The notes beneath the pieces are model-generated. The model did not search any database. It saw only the letters and a list, made by a program, of their open reading frames with translations, and was not told the origin of the DNA. From Gemmatimonadota bacterium (lineage in GTDB: Bacteria; Gemmatimonadota; Gemmatimonadetes; Gemmatimonadales; GWC2-71-9): 27,873 nucleotides of DNA. Shown here in pieces: positions 17,616 to 26,753 of this stretch. The position numbers and the translations under genes were made by a program. Numbering within the stretch: the first letter of the stretch is position 1; every line of letters starts with the position of its first letter. Location: contig JBDHDE010000073.1 of assembly GCA_039591655.1 (NCBI GenBank), positions 1 through 27,873 on the forward strand. Direction: 5' to 3'.

Positions 17616-18535
17616 GCGGCGGGCTCCCCGGTGGGCTGTGACGCCGCCGGCGGACGGGCCTGCCGGCCGGTGAGACCCAGGTAGATCGCCCCTAGCGTGA
17701 TCGCCGCACCCAGCAGCTCCACCGGCGTGGTGGGTCGGCGAAACAGCAGCAGGTCCCAGACGAAGGCCAAGGCCGGCTGCAGCAGGAGGATGAGCCCGGC
17801 CCGCGAGGCGGGGATCTTGGGCAGCGCCGCAGAAATGAGGAGCCAGCCCGCCAGCTGCGGCACCAGCGCGTAGGCGAGCAGCACCCCGAGGGTCTCGCCG
17901 TCCGGAATCCGGAAGCTCTCGCCCTCCGCCAACACGGCGCCCACCAGCAGGCCCGCCGAAACGAGGGACAGCACCGCCATCGTGCTCACGGCATCCAGCT
18001 TCCCGGCCTCCGCCTGCGCCCTGCGCAGGGAGAGGAGGTACGTGGCATAACACAGCGCGGTGAACAACGCCAAGGCGATGCCCCAGCGGTACCCCGGTCC
18101 CAGGTCGCCCCAATCCAACCCGAAGATCAGGACCAGCCCTGCTACGGCCAGCGGCACCGCAACCTTGAGCCGCGTGCTAGGCTGCTCGTGCAGCACCAGC
18201 ACGCCGAAGGCGGCGAGGAAGAACACCTGGAAATTCGCCAGGATCGTGGAGAGGCCCGGGCCGATGAGCGCGATGCTGCGGTGCCACACCGCCAGGTCCA
18301 GGGCCAGCACCGCCCCCGCCGCCACGGCGAACCACAGGTGCTTGGGGCCTGCCCACCACCCACGCCGCCGGACCAGGACGACCGCCGCCAAGACCACGCC
18401 GCTAAAGAACATGCGGTAGAACGCCGCCGGCGTGGGGCCCACCCGGGCCACGTTCACCAGGACGGGCGAGAAGCTGATGAGCACGGCGCCAACGATTAGC
18501 TGCGTCAGCGCCACGCCACCGTCGCTCTTGGCCAT
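17579..18535 (-). CDS. DMT/EamA-family transporter
   Basis: About 10 hydrophobic segments in two repeats; 'AFYRM', 'GLSTILANFQVFF', 'LLLQPALAFVW'; AGGAG RBS before ATG 18535. The 3' end overlaps the convergent fusion gene by 37 bp. Confidence 0.9.
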   Translation of the reverse strand: MAKSDGGVALTQLIVGAVLISFSPVLVNVARVGPTPAAFYRMFFSGVVLAAVVLVRRRGWWAGPKHLWFAVAAGAVLALDLAVWHRSIALIGPGLSTILANFQVFFLAAFGVLVLHEQPSTRLKVAVPLAVAGLVLIFGLDWGDLGPGYRWGIALALFTALCYATYLLSLRRAQAEAGKLDAVSTMAVLSLVSAGLLVGAVLAEGESFRIPDGETLGVLLAYALVPQLAGWLLISAALPKIPASRAGLILLLQPALAFVWDLLLFRRPTTPVELLGAAITLGAIYLGLTGRQARPPAASQPTGEPAAQQQSPSGPQQA

Positions 18536-18617
18536 CCGTCCAGTTCTCCTTGCTGGAACTTCTTCGGTACAAGTCATCTACAAGGGGTCAGGGATCTGCT
18601 CTCACACGGAGGTCAAC

Positions 18618-19055
18618 ATGAAACCCCTACTCTCGGCACTCACAGTCTGCTTGGTGACGGCCGCCTGCGGCGACGCGCCGCTGGAGGTGGACTCCTTGAG
18701 CGGCCGGTTCGATTACACCGGGCTCGATTCGGCCGGCAGCCAGCTGCTCACGGGGTGGCTCGACCTCGCGGTGGCACAGGACGGATCGATCCAGGGCACC
18801 TGGCTAATCGATTGGGCCCCGGACGCCGACACCACGCAGGTCGTCGGTCCTCAACTGGGGACCGGCACCCTCACCGGCCAGCTCGACAACGGCCAAGTCT
18901 GGATCGACCTGAATCCCGCAATGTCCGACAACAATGTGATCCTGACCGGCACCACCAGCACCGCGGGGCCCCTGCCACGCCTGGTCGGCGACTGGACCCA
19001 CGTCACGCTGGGAGGGCCCACGGTCGCCGGCTTCTTCGACGCCATGCGGCGGTAG
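18618..19055 (+). CDS. Hypothetical lipoprotein (beta-rich)
   Basis: GGAGG RBS, MKPLLSALTVCLVTAA-C lipobox, Gly/Thr-rich beta strands. Confidence 0.75.
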   Translation: MKPLLSALTVCLVTAACGDAPLEVDSLSGRFDYTGLDSAGSQLLTGWLDLAVAQDGSIQGTWLIDWAPDADTTQVVGPQLGTGTLTGQLDNGQVWIDLNPAMSDNNVILTGTTSTAGPLPRLVGDWTHVTLGGPTVAGFFDAMRR

Positions 19056-19103
19056 CCGCGCCACCAACTGCAGATCCCGGCTCGGAGGCTTGCGGCTCAT
19101 GGT

Positions 19104-20027
19104 CTACGGGCCGGCCTTAGCATAGACCGGGACCAGGAACGTCCCCTTGTAGTCGACACCGGGGACCTCCGCCTTCACCTCCAACTCCCAGTATCTGGGA
19201 GGTCGCTCCCCCAGCCGCGTGGGCTGCTCCTCTTCGGGAAGCGGGAAACGGAGCGCGAGGCCGCGTAGTCCCTCCCATCGGGCACGAGCACCTTCAACGT
19301 TCTGGGCATCGGCGTACACCTCGTAACACACGACCCGCTGGGAGCGGTTCTTACCCGAGCCCCGGGTCTCGTAGCGCTCCTCGACGCAGCGCAGCGTGGC
19401 GGTCATGCGGTCGAAGATTTCACCACGGCCCGACCCCTCGAAACGCACCGCCAGTTCGTCACCCAGGAAGAACGGAAATGTGTCGAACGAGACGGTGCTG
19501 GTGCCGTACTTGAGGTACCGCAGAAGCAGGTAGACAGCACGTCCGATTACCGCAACGGTGACCAGGTCGAACAGGCCGACGATGGCCATCCACAGGCCGC
19601 GGCCCGATACATCCGGCATCGCGAACCCGATCCAGTTGAACGGCAGCAGGAAGGCCACGAAGAACACGCTCACGAAGATCGCCCGCCACAGCCGTCTCCG
19701 AGTGTCGTCGGAAGCACCGCTCCGATCCCATTCGTAATCCCATAGCCACGGCTGGCCGGGATGAGCTGCACGCCTCCGAGCGACCCCCGCCCGGCGCCTG
19801 AGCCCCCGCAGCCCATGGACGATCATCAACAATCCTACCAGCCCGAAGATGCCGGCGAACCACACCATCAGCAGCCGGGGCCCCTGGATACTCTCCGGCG
19901 CCAGCCGCTGGACCACGTACGCCCCGATGCCCGCGGCCAGGAACGGGACGCCGAAGAACACCGCTGGCCAGCCGTGAATCGTGGTGGCGCTGCGGGCCTG
20001 ATGTCCCGTGAGCTCGCGTCGCGTCAT
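19104..20027 (-). CDS. Hypothetical membrane protein (about 4 TM segments plus C-terminal beta domain; resembles DUF3592-associated proteins)
   Basis: GAGGAG RBS before ATG 20027; 'LRYLKYGTS', 'WELEVKAEVPGVDYKGTFLVPVY'; typical codon bias. Confidence 0.75.
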   Translation of the reverse strand: MTRRELTGHQARSATTIHGWPAVFFGVPFLAAGIGAYVVQRLAPESIQGPRLLMVWFAGIFGLVGLLMIVHGLRGLRRRAGVARRRAAHPGQPWLWDYEWDRSGASDDTRRRLWRAIFVSVFFVAFLLPFNWIGFAMPDVSGRGLWMAIVGLFDLVTVAVIGRAVYLLLRYLKYGTSTVSFDTFPFFLGDELAVRFEGSGRGEIFDRMTATLRCVEERYETRGSGKNRSQRVVCYEVYADAQNVEGARARWEGLRGLALRFPLPEEEQPTRLGERPPRYWELEVKAEVPGVDYKGTFLVPVYAKAGP

Positions 20028-20067
20028 GGTCTCCTCACTCCAGCCGCGTTGGGGCGCCGGCCGGCGC

Positions 20068-20096
20068 AATCTCCCGACCCGCCGACCGGCTGTCAA
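20068..20096 (-). promoter_or_regulatory. Putative sigma70-type promoter
   Basis: TTGACA-N17-GAGATT upstream of ATG 20027; same boxes at 26623-26651. Confidence 0.5.
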
Positions 20097-20236
20097 CTCG
20101 TTAAACGCCGGTGCAACCCGGCTCCTGCGGCGGGTGTTACACACCAGGGAGGGGTCCGGGCAGCCTGCTGGCGTCCACCGATCGACCCGTCTAGCTTTCG
20201 CCATCTCGCACCCAAGACTGAACGAGGAAGTAGAGA

Positions 20237-22741
20237 ATGCATCGAGCTCTGTCCACGACGGCGGCTCTGCTCGTCGCAGCAGGCCTCGCCGCCTGTGCCA
20301 GCGGCCGGGCCCAGACCGCCCCGAGCCCCGAGGCCAACGCCCGGCGCAACAACCGGCAAGAAGAGAAGATCAAGCCGTACCACGAGGTGATTACCCGCGA
20401 GGCGGTGACCGACTCGGGGCTGTTCATCGTCCACCGCATCGAGGACGAGCTCTTCTACGAGATCGCGGCGGACATGCTGGAGCGGGAGATGCTCATCGTG
20501 TCCCGGCGGGCGCGTACCGCGACCAACATCGGCTACGGCGGCGAGAAGAACAACACGGAGACGGTTCGGTGGCAGCGCCACGACCGCAAGATCCTGCTCA
20601 GGGTCGTCTCATACACCAACGTGGCCGACGACTCGCTGCCGATCTACGAGGCGGTACGCAACAGCAACTTCGAGCCCATCGTCCAGGCGTTCGACATCGC
20701 CGCCTTCAAGATCGACACGATGACGACGGAGGCCGGCACCGCCAGCGTCGACACCTCTGCTGTGGTGATCGAGGTGACCCCCCTCTACACCACGGACGTG
20801 CCGATTCTCGGTCTCAGCCGCAGCACCCGGGAGCGCTACAAGGTCCGCACACTGGACAAGGAACGGACGTTCATCGACTGGGCGAGGAGCTTTCCGCAAA
20901 ACATCGAGGTCCGGGTCGTGATGACCTACAGCGCCCAGGAGCCACCCTCGAACTCCTCCACCGGGTCCATCTCCCTCGAGATGAACCACTCCATGGTCCT
21001 GCTCCCGGAGACCCCGATGCAGCCGCGCCTGTGGGACGAGCGGGTCGGGTTCTTCCGCGTCCAGCAGGTGGACTACGGGGTGAGCGACCAGAAGACGGTC
21101 ACCCGGCGCTACGTCACCCGCTGGCGTCTGGAGCCCTCGGACACGGCGGCGTTCCTCCGGGGCGAGCTGGTCGAGCCGGTGAAACCGATCGTGTGGTACA
21201 TCGACCCCGCCACTCCCGAGAAGTGGCGTCCCTACCTCAAGCAAGGCGTGGAGGACTGGAACGCGGCGTTCGCGGAGGCGGGGTTCCGCAACGCGATCGT
21301 AGCCCAGGATCCCCCCTCGCCCGAGGAGGACCCCGAGTTCAGCCCCGAGGACGTGCGCTACTCGGTAATCCGCTGGTTCCCCTCGCCGGTCCAGAATGCG
21401 TACGGTCCCCACGTGCACGACCCGCGGTCCGGTGAGATCCTGGAAAGTGACATCGGCTGGTTCCACAACGTGATGAACCTGCTGCGGAACTGGTACCTCG
21501 TGCAGACGGCGGCTGCCAACCCCGATGCGCGTGGCGTGAAGTTCGACGACGAGGTGATGGGCCAGCTCATTCGCTTCGTCGCGGCGCACGAGGTGGGGCA
21601 CACGCTGGGGCTGCCGCACAACATGAAGGCCAGCTCGTCGTACCCGGTCGACTCGCTCCGCTCGGCGAGTTTCACCTGCGCCATGGGCACAGCTCCCTCA
21701 ATCATGGACTACGCCCGCTTCAACTACGTTGCCCAGCCGGAGGACGAAGGCGTGTGCTTCCTGCCAGGCATCGGGGTGTACGACAACTACTCCATCATGT
21801 GGGGTTACCGGCCGGTACTCGATGCCGCGAGCGCCGATGCCGAGCGGGAGATCCTGGACAGCTGGATCCGTGAGCGGTACGACGACCCCATGTACCATTT
21901 CGGCGATCGTAGCCGTATAGACCCCACGTCGCAGACCGAGGCCATCGGGGACGACGCGATGCGGGCCAGCGAGTACGGGATCGCGAACCTCAAGCGCATC
22001 GTCCCCAACCTCGTCGAGTGGTCATATGAGGAGCTCGAGGACTACGCGGAGCTGAACGAGCTCTACGGCCAGGTCTTGGCCCAGTGGAACCGCTACATGG
22101 GTCACGTGGCCACCTACATCGGCGGGGTGGTGCAGACCCGGCGGACCTACGGGCAGAACGGCAGCGTGTACGAGTTCGTGCCCGAGGCCGATCAGCGGCG
22201 GGCGATGCAGTTCTTCGCCGAACAGGCGTTCACGCCGCCCACCTGGATCATCGATGAGGACATCCTGCGTCGCATCGAGAACGCGGGCACCGTTGAGCGC
22301 ATGCGGGCCCTGCAGGTACGGGTAGTGAACCTCGTCCTGGATCCAGGCCGGATGCAGCGGCTCATCGAGAACGAGGCGCGCAACGGCGGCGGCGCCTACA
22401 CGCTGGGGGAGATGCTGGGTGACCTTCGGGGCGCAGTGTGGAGCGAGCTGCGTAGCGGGCGCTCGATCGACGTCTACCGGCGCAACCTGCAGCGGGGCTA
22501 TCTCGAGCGCATGGGGTGGCTCATGACGGAGGAGCCGGGGCCGGCGCTCGGCTTCTTCCGCGCCACCGCCACGCCGGTGAACGTGCCTCAATCCGATATC
22601 CGCCCCTTCGTGCGGGGCGAGCTCGAGGCGCTCAAGCGCGAGATCAGCCAGGCCCTGACCCGGCGCATCGACCGATCCACCCGCATCCACCTGGCCGACG
22701 CCCTGGTGCGCATCGACCGGATCCTGGATCCGCAGGACTGA
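20237..22741 (+). CDS. Zinc-dependent metalloprotease lipoprotein (EcxA / DUF5117-DUF4953 metzincin type)
   Basis: Lipobox LAA-C; 'DERVGFF', 'KPIVWYIDPATPEKW', 'DPRSGEILESDI', HEVGHTLGLPH zinc motif, Met-turn 'SIMDY'. Confidence 0.93.
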   Translation: MHRALSTTAALLVAAGLAACASGRAQTAPSPEANARRNNRQEEKIKPYHEVITREAVTDSGLFIVHRIEDELFYEIAADMLEREMLIVSRRARTATNIGYGGEKNNTETVRWQRHDRKILLRVVSYTNVADDSLPIYEAVRNSNFEPIVQAFDIAAFKIDTMTTEAGTASVDTSAVVIEVTPLYTTDVPILGLSRSTRERYKVRTLDKERTFIDWARSFPQNIEVRVVMTYSAQEPPSNSSTGSISLEMNHSMVLLPETPMQPRLWDERVGFFRVQQVDYGVSDQKTVTRRYVTRWRLEPSDTAAFLRGELVEPVKPIVWYIDPATPEKWRPYLKQGVEDWNAAFAEAGFRNAIVAQDPPSPEEDPEFSPEDVRYSVIRWFPSPVQNAYGPHVHDPRSGEILESDIGWFHNVMNLLRNWYLVQTAAANPDARGVKFDDEVMGQLIRFVAAHEVGHTLGLPHNMKASSSYPVDSLRSASFTCAMGTAPSIMDYARFNYVAQPEDEGVCFLPGIGVYDNYSIMWGYRPVLDAASADAEREILDSWIRERYDDPMYHFGDRSRIDPTSQTEAIGDDAMRASEYGIANLKRIVPNLVEWSYEELEDYAELNELYGQVLAQWNRYMGHVATYIGGVVQTRRTYGQNGSVYEFVPEADQRRAMQFFAEQAFTPPTWIIDEDILRRIENAGTVERMRALQVRVVNLVLDPGRMQRLIENEARNGGGAYTLGEMLGDLRGAVWSELRSGRSIDVYRRNLQRGYLERMGWLMTEEPGPALGFFRATATPVNVPQSDIRPFVRGELEALKREISQALTRRIDRSTRIHLADALVRIDRILDPQD

Positions 22742-22771
22742 CCTCTCGCGGCTGAGGCCGCGCGCTTCAGT

Positions 22772-23031
22772 GGAGCGGGCGTTGGCTGCTGCGAAGCGAG
22801 TCGTGAGCGCGCCGGAGCGTACGTCAGTGCAGCCGAAGGTGGTGAGCGAGCGGGTGTGACCCACTGGAGCGGACGTCAGTGCAGCGCACCGGGACGGATG
22901 GCCTGCACATGGAGCCAGCCCGTTTGCGGGGGCGCTGACGACTCTGGGAAGCCGAGCCAACTGCAGTTCGCGGAAGTGGGTCAGACCCGCAAGCAACACG
23001 GTCGCGGAAGTGGGCAACACCCGCGAGCGAC
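22772..23031. repeat. REP/BIME-like cluster of short repeats between convergent genes
   Basis: GGAGCG(T/G)ACGTCAGTGCAGC at 22814-22833 and 22866-22885; 30-bp tandem at 22968-22997 and 23002-23031 (25/30 identical); inverted copy of its core at 22850-22865. Confidence 0.75.
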
Positions 23032-23034
23032 GAG

Positions 23035-24892
23035 CTACGCCCGCTCCACCTCCACCCGCGCGTCGTTGAAGCACGCACCCCCCCCGACATCGTTCACGTG
23101 CGCCGGGCAGAGCGCGGTTGCCGTGAGGCCGCTGGGCGAAGACCGGCGCCAGGCGCCCTTCGGCATGGAAACAACACCCGGGCGCACCCTGCCCCGCACC
23201 CGTGCCACGGACACGACCTCACCCAGCTCGTTGTGGACCCGCACGCGATCGCCGTCCGTAATGCCCCGGGGCGCAGCGTCGTTCGGGTGGATCTCGACGT
23301 AGAGGGTGGGGAGGTTGTCCTCCCCCAGGGTGCTGGAGATGGTCTTGGAGGTAGCGGGGCTCACCAGGACCAGGGGATAGCCGTCGGATTGCGAGGTCTC
23401 GTAGCGGAAAGGATCGGCACCCAAGACCTCTGGAACCAGGTGGACCTTGCGGTCGGCGGTGAACGGAAACACGGTCTCGAACATCACCGGGCTCGCGCCC
23501 GAAAAGTCGTAGTGCCGCATGGTGCCGTCGCCGGCCTCGCCGCGGGGGGCCGGCTTCCCAGGAAGCGAGAGGGCTGCATTTAGCTTCTCAAGGGCGGTCT
23601 CCTCGCTCCAGGAGAATGGCTCGTCCTGGAACCCCATGGCCTCGCCCAACAGCGCGAAGACCGCGTGATTGGACTTCGCCTCCCCGGGCGCTTCCACGAC
23701 CGGGCGCACATCGCCGACAGCGTAGCACCCATACGAGACTCGTAGGTCCCGGTGCTCCAGGAAGGTGGTGGCCGGCAGCACGATGTCGGCGTACGCGGCG
23801 GTGTCGGTGAGCACCTGGTCGAACACCACGGTGAATCACGGGCGGCACCAGGCCGTATCCCAGGGCCGCGCCCAGCTCCGTCATGTTGATCACCCGGGTG
23901 TCCCAGGCCAGGTCCCCCAGGAGCGCCCTCCGGTCTAGCTTCGCAGCGCCGCCGTTGCTCATGGTGTAGCCGCCGCCCCTAACTCCGAACTTCCCGAGCA
24001 GCGCGGGGATCGCCAGTACCACGGCTACCGCCCGGCCGCCGTTGCGGTTCCGCTCGAGACCCCAGCCGCAGCGGACCACGGCGGGATCCGTCTCCGCTAG
24101 CGCACGCGCGAGCCGTTCGATGTCGGCCTTGGGAACGCCCGCCTCGGCGGCGGAGTCTGCGAGGAACTCCCGATCTAGCGCATCCCACTCGCGCCACAGG
24201 TTGACGAGGCCGAGAGCGAGCGGCAGGTCGGCACCGGGCCGCACCGCCAGGTGGAGGTCGGCCTCAGCCGCTGAGAAGTTGCGCACCGGGTCCACCACCG
24301 CCACGAAGGCGCCGCGGCGCTTGGCCTCCTTGAGGAACGGCACCAGATGGATGTTCGAGGCCTTAGGGTTGGCGCCCCACACCACGATGCACTTCGCGTG
24401 CACGTAGTCCGGGAACGCCACCCCCGGCATCTTGCCGTACATCCCCTTGGCCACCGCAGTGGTGGGCGCGGCACAGAGCGTGCGGTCCAGCCGGGACGCT
24501 CCGAGCCGCGCGAAGTAGAGATCGTCGAGCAGACCGTCGCTCACGAGGCCGTTGGAGCCTCCGTAGTGATACGGCAGGATCGCCTCGGCGCCGTACTTCT
24601 GCGAGATGCCGCGGAACCGGCCCGTGATCTCGGCAATTGCTTCGTCCCAGGAGATGGGGTCAAACGCCCCCTCTCCCTTCGACCCCGTGCGCCGCAGCGG
24701 AGTCAGCAGGCGGTCGGCGTGGTACTGGCGCCGGCTGAAGCGCGCCACCTTGGTGCAGATGAACCCACCGGTAACCGAGTGGGCCCGTCCCGGAGCGATG
24801 GCCGCGACACGGCCGTCGCGCACGGTGACTTCCAAGGAGCAGCTGTCGGGACAGTCCAGCGGGCAGGTGGTCGGGAGGGTGTGCTCGGGCAT
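23035..24892 (-). pseudogene. Molybdopterin oxidoreductase (DMSO reductase superfamily, YoaE-like), disrupted by a frameshifting deletion
   Basis: N-terminal CPLDCPDSC...C Fe-S motif, 'RTLC', 'VWGANP', 'GWGLERNRNGG'. At 23836 'LVPPV' joins out of frame to 'FTVVFDQVLTDTAAYADIVLPATTFLE'; C-terminal molydopterin-binding domain 'IHPNDAAPRGITDGDRVRVHNELG'. Confidence 0.85.
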
Positions 24893-24900
24893 GGGGGAAG

Positions 24901-25278
24901 TTACGACGGCATGCGCTCCCCCGTCATCTCACCAAAATCTAAGCCGAGAGCCCAACTCCCCACGCAGGCACCGCCGTCCTCATCGAACACGAGGACGATG
25001 ACCAGTTCTTCGCCGCCCCAGTCGGCCACGACCGTCATCTCCCGCTCCAGGACCGTGACCTCGACAATCGGCACGGGCGGCGGACCCCAGCCGGGCCGCA
25101 CCGACCCCTGGTATTGTCCTTCGACTGCGCCGGGGTCGATCACGATCGTGCCGGTCACCTGCGCGCCCTGGACTATCGTCTCGAAGCTGAAAGTCCCAGC
25201 GGGCTCCAGGGGAGCCGGTCCGCGAGCGCACGCCGCTGTCACAGCCAGGGCGAGGGTGACACCAAACAGCCGTCGCAT
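24901..25278 (-). CDS. Hypothetical small lipoprotein
   Basis: MRRLFGVTLALAVTAA-C lipobox; beta-strand pattern; ends 8 nt before the oxidoreductase start. Confidence 0.7.
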   Translation of the reverse strand: MRRLFGVTLALAVTAACARGPAPLEPAGTFSFETIVQGAQVTGTIVIDPGAVEGQYQGSVRPGWGPPPVPIVEVTVLEREMTVVADWGGEELVIVLVFDEDGGACVGSWALGLDFGEMTGERMPS

Positions 25279-25310
25279 AGGATTCCCCAGATCGCTGGTT
25301 GAATCGGGTG

Positions 25311-25346
25311 CAGAAACACGACGGGCGGGCGCGGAGCCCGCCCGTC
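25311..25346 (-). terminator. Probable terminator after the 25353-25982 gene
   Basis: GACGGGCGGGC/GCCCGCCCGTC perfect 11-bp stem followed on the minus strand by GTGTTTCTG. Confidence 0.6.
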
Positions 25347-25352
25347 CCGACG

Positions 25353-25982
25353 TCAGTGGACGGTCACGCGCGTGGTCTTGCGATGCTCCCGCCGCATGTT
25401 CATCCGAATGCCCCGGACTTCGTTGCGGATCTCCTCACGCATGCGGTGGATGTCCTCACGGAACTCCCGGCAGGACCCCTCCCCGCTGTGACTCATGTGC
25501 TCGCACGGCAGGTCGTGCGCCTCGATATACAGCCCCGTTTCCCGATCAGTCCCGGCAAAGGCGACCGTGCCGAAGCGCACCAGGTCCCCGGTGTCCTCCA
25601 AGCATTGCACGGCCTCCTTGAACCCCATCGGGCCTTCGCGGTCGAAGGCGTCGGGATCCAGGTGGAAGCTGCAGTGGGCCAGGTGGTCGACGTCGGCATC
25701 CTCCGACAGCGACACCACGATCCGCAGGCTGTCCACGGCGCCGGGCGCCTCACGCTGCACCACCACCGCGCTCAGCTTTCCGATGTTCTCTCCCTCCACG
25801 TACATCGGCAGGAAGGAGAGCTTCATCTCAACCGGGTTCGAGCTGTGCTCCAGGCTGTCGGCCCAAGTCTCGATCTGCGCCTTGAGGACGGCGGCATTGC
25901 GCCAGCCCCAGACCAGGCCGAGGCCCACCACCAGGACCAGCGGGGCACCAACGGCGATCAGAACTCTGCGGGTTGTAGACAT
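25353..25982 (-). CDS. Hypothetical protein with N-terminal membrane anchor and C-terminal coiled-coil-like tail
   Basis: GAGGA RBS; TM segment VLIAVGAPLVLVVGLGLVW; four Cys; strong GC3 bias. Confidence 0.75.
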   Translation of the reverse strand: MSTTRRVLIAVGAPLVLVVGLGLVWGWRNAAVLKAQIETWADSLEHSSNPVEMKLSFLPMYVEGENIGKLSAVVVQREAPGAVDSLRIVVSLSEDADVDHLAHCSFHLDPDAFDREGPMGFKEAVQCLEDTGDLVRFGTVAFAGTDRETGLYIEAHDLPCEHMSHSGEGSCREFREDIHRMREEIRNEVRGIRMNMRREHRKTTRVTVH

Positions 25983-26025
25983 CGTAGCGTCCTCGAAGTG
26001 TGTGTCTGACAGGTTCGTCTTACCC

Positions 26026-26051
26026 TACGCGCCTTGGCTCCGCCGGGTTTC
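26026..26051 (-). promoter_or_regulatory. Putative SigW-like ECF promoter
   Basis: GAAAC-N17-CGTA on the minus strand, 44 nt upstream of ATG 25982. Confidence 0.45.
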
Positions 26052-26112
26052 GGCAGGTGGCCGCGCCGAGCAGGCCGCGTAACCCCTTACTACTCAACCA
26101 GTTACGGCAACC

Positions 26113-26580
26113 CTACATCTCGGCCGGGACGCTGGTATTGAACATGTCGGCCACCACCTTCCACTCGCCGTCGATCTTCTGCCACACCACGAGGTACTTG
26201 CCGTGATCGACGACGGCCCCGTCCGGCGCGTCCGTAACCCGCCAGGTGCCGTAGTCCCACGCCATGTCCCCGCCTACGGCGACCACGATCCTGGTCGGCT
26301 CGAAATGGAGATAGGGCAGTGCCTCGATAATGCCGGCCCACGCCTGCTCGAGGGCCGCCGTGCCCATCACGGGGTCCATTCCGGGAGGCAGGAGCGAGCC
26401 GTCGGCCGCATAGAATGAGGCGCACTTCGCCGCGTCCTTGGCGGCAACACACGCTACCCATTCGGCATCCAGGTCGCGTATGGCCTGCTCCTCCGCAGCG
26501 TAATCCACGGTGGGCTGGCACGCCGCGGCCACGACCACCAGCGCGGCGGTGAGAGAAAGGATGGTTCCTGCTCGTCGCAT
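26113..26580 (-). CDS. NTF2/SnoaL-like (DUF4440/YybH) lipoprotein
   Basis: AGGAGG RBS; lipobox AAA-C; 'FYAADGSLLPPG', 'GDMAWDYGTW', 'GKYLVVWQKIDGEWKVVADMFN'. Confidence 0.9.
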   Translation of the reverse strand: MRRAGTILSLTAALVVVAAACQPTVDYAAEEQAIRDLDAEWVACVAAKDAAKCASFYAADGSLLPPGMDPVMGTAALEQAWAGIIEALPYLHFEPTRIVVAVGGDMAWDYGTWRVTDAPDGAVVDHGKYLVVWQKIDGEWKVVADMFNTSVPAEM

Positions 26581-26622
26581 GCGTTCCTCCTGGGGAGGGT
26601 TCCGGGATTCTAGGGACGCGCG

Positions 26623-26651
26623 AATCTCTTCAAATACAGCGCCTGTGTCAA
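26623..26651 (-). promoter_or_regulatory. Putative sigma70-type promoter
   Basis: TTGACA-N17-GAGATT, 43 nt upstream of ATG 26580. Confidence 0.5.
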
Positions 26652-26753
26652 CGCGAGCCCTTACCCATCACCAGAACGCCGCACCCCACTTGCGACGCCC
26701 CGGCAGTTGCGGTTCCCTTTTACCCAAACGCCCTTCGCCTTCGAGGCCCTCAA

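Noticed and set aside
17613..17684. TGA after the terminal Cys-Cys followed by a GC hairpin (GCGGCG...CGCCGC), considered as selenocysteine read-through with a SECIS
   Set aside because: Cys-Cys-stop is a normal ArsM-type ending. The hairpin lies in the coding sequence of the convergent EamA gene, and the read-through peptide is unremarkable.
22814..22885. Two 20-bp repeats with a 32-nt spacer, resembling a CRISPR array
   Set aside because: Only two good copies, the repeat is short, the 'spacer' itself contains another repeat motif, and no cas genes or leader are present.
26581..26753. TPP riboswitch expected upstream of tenA
   Set aside because: No GCTGAGA or CCTGA...TAATG...GCG.AGG elements are visible.
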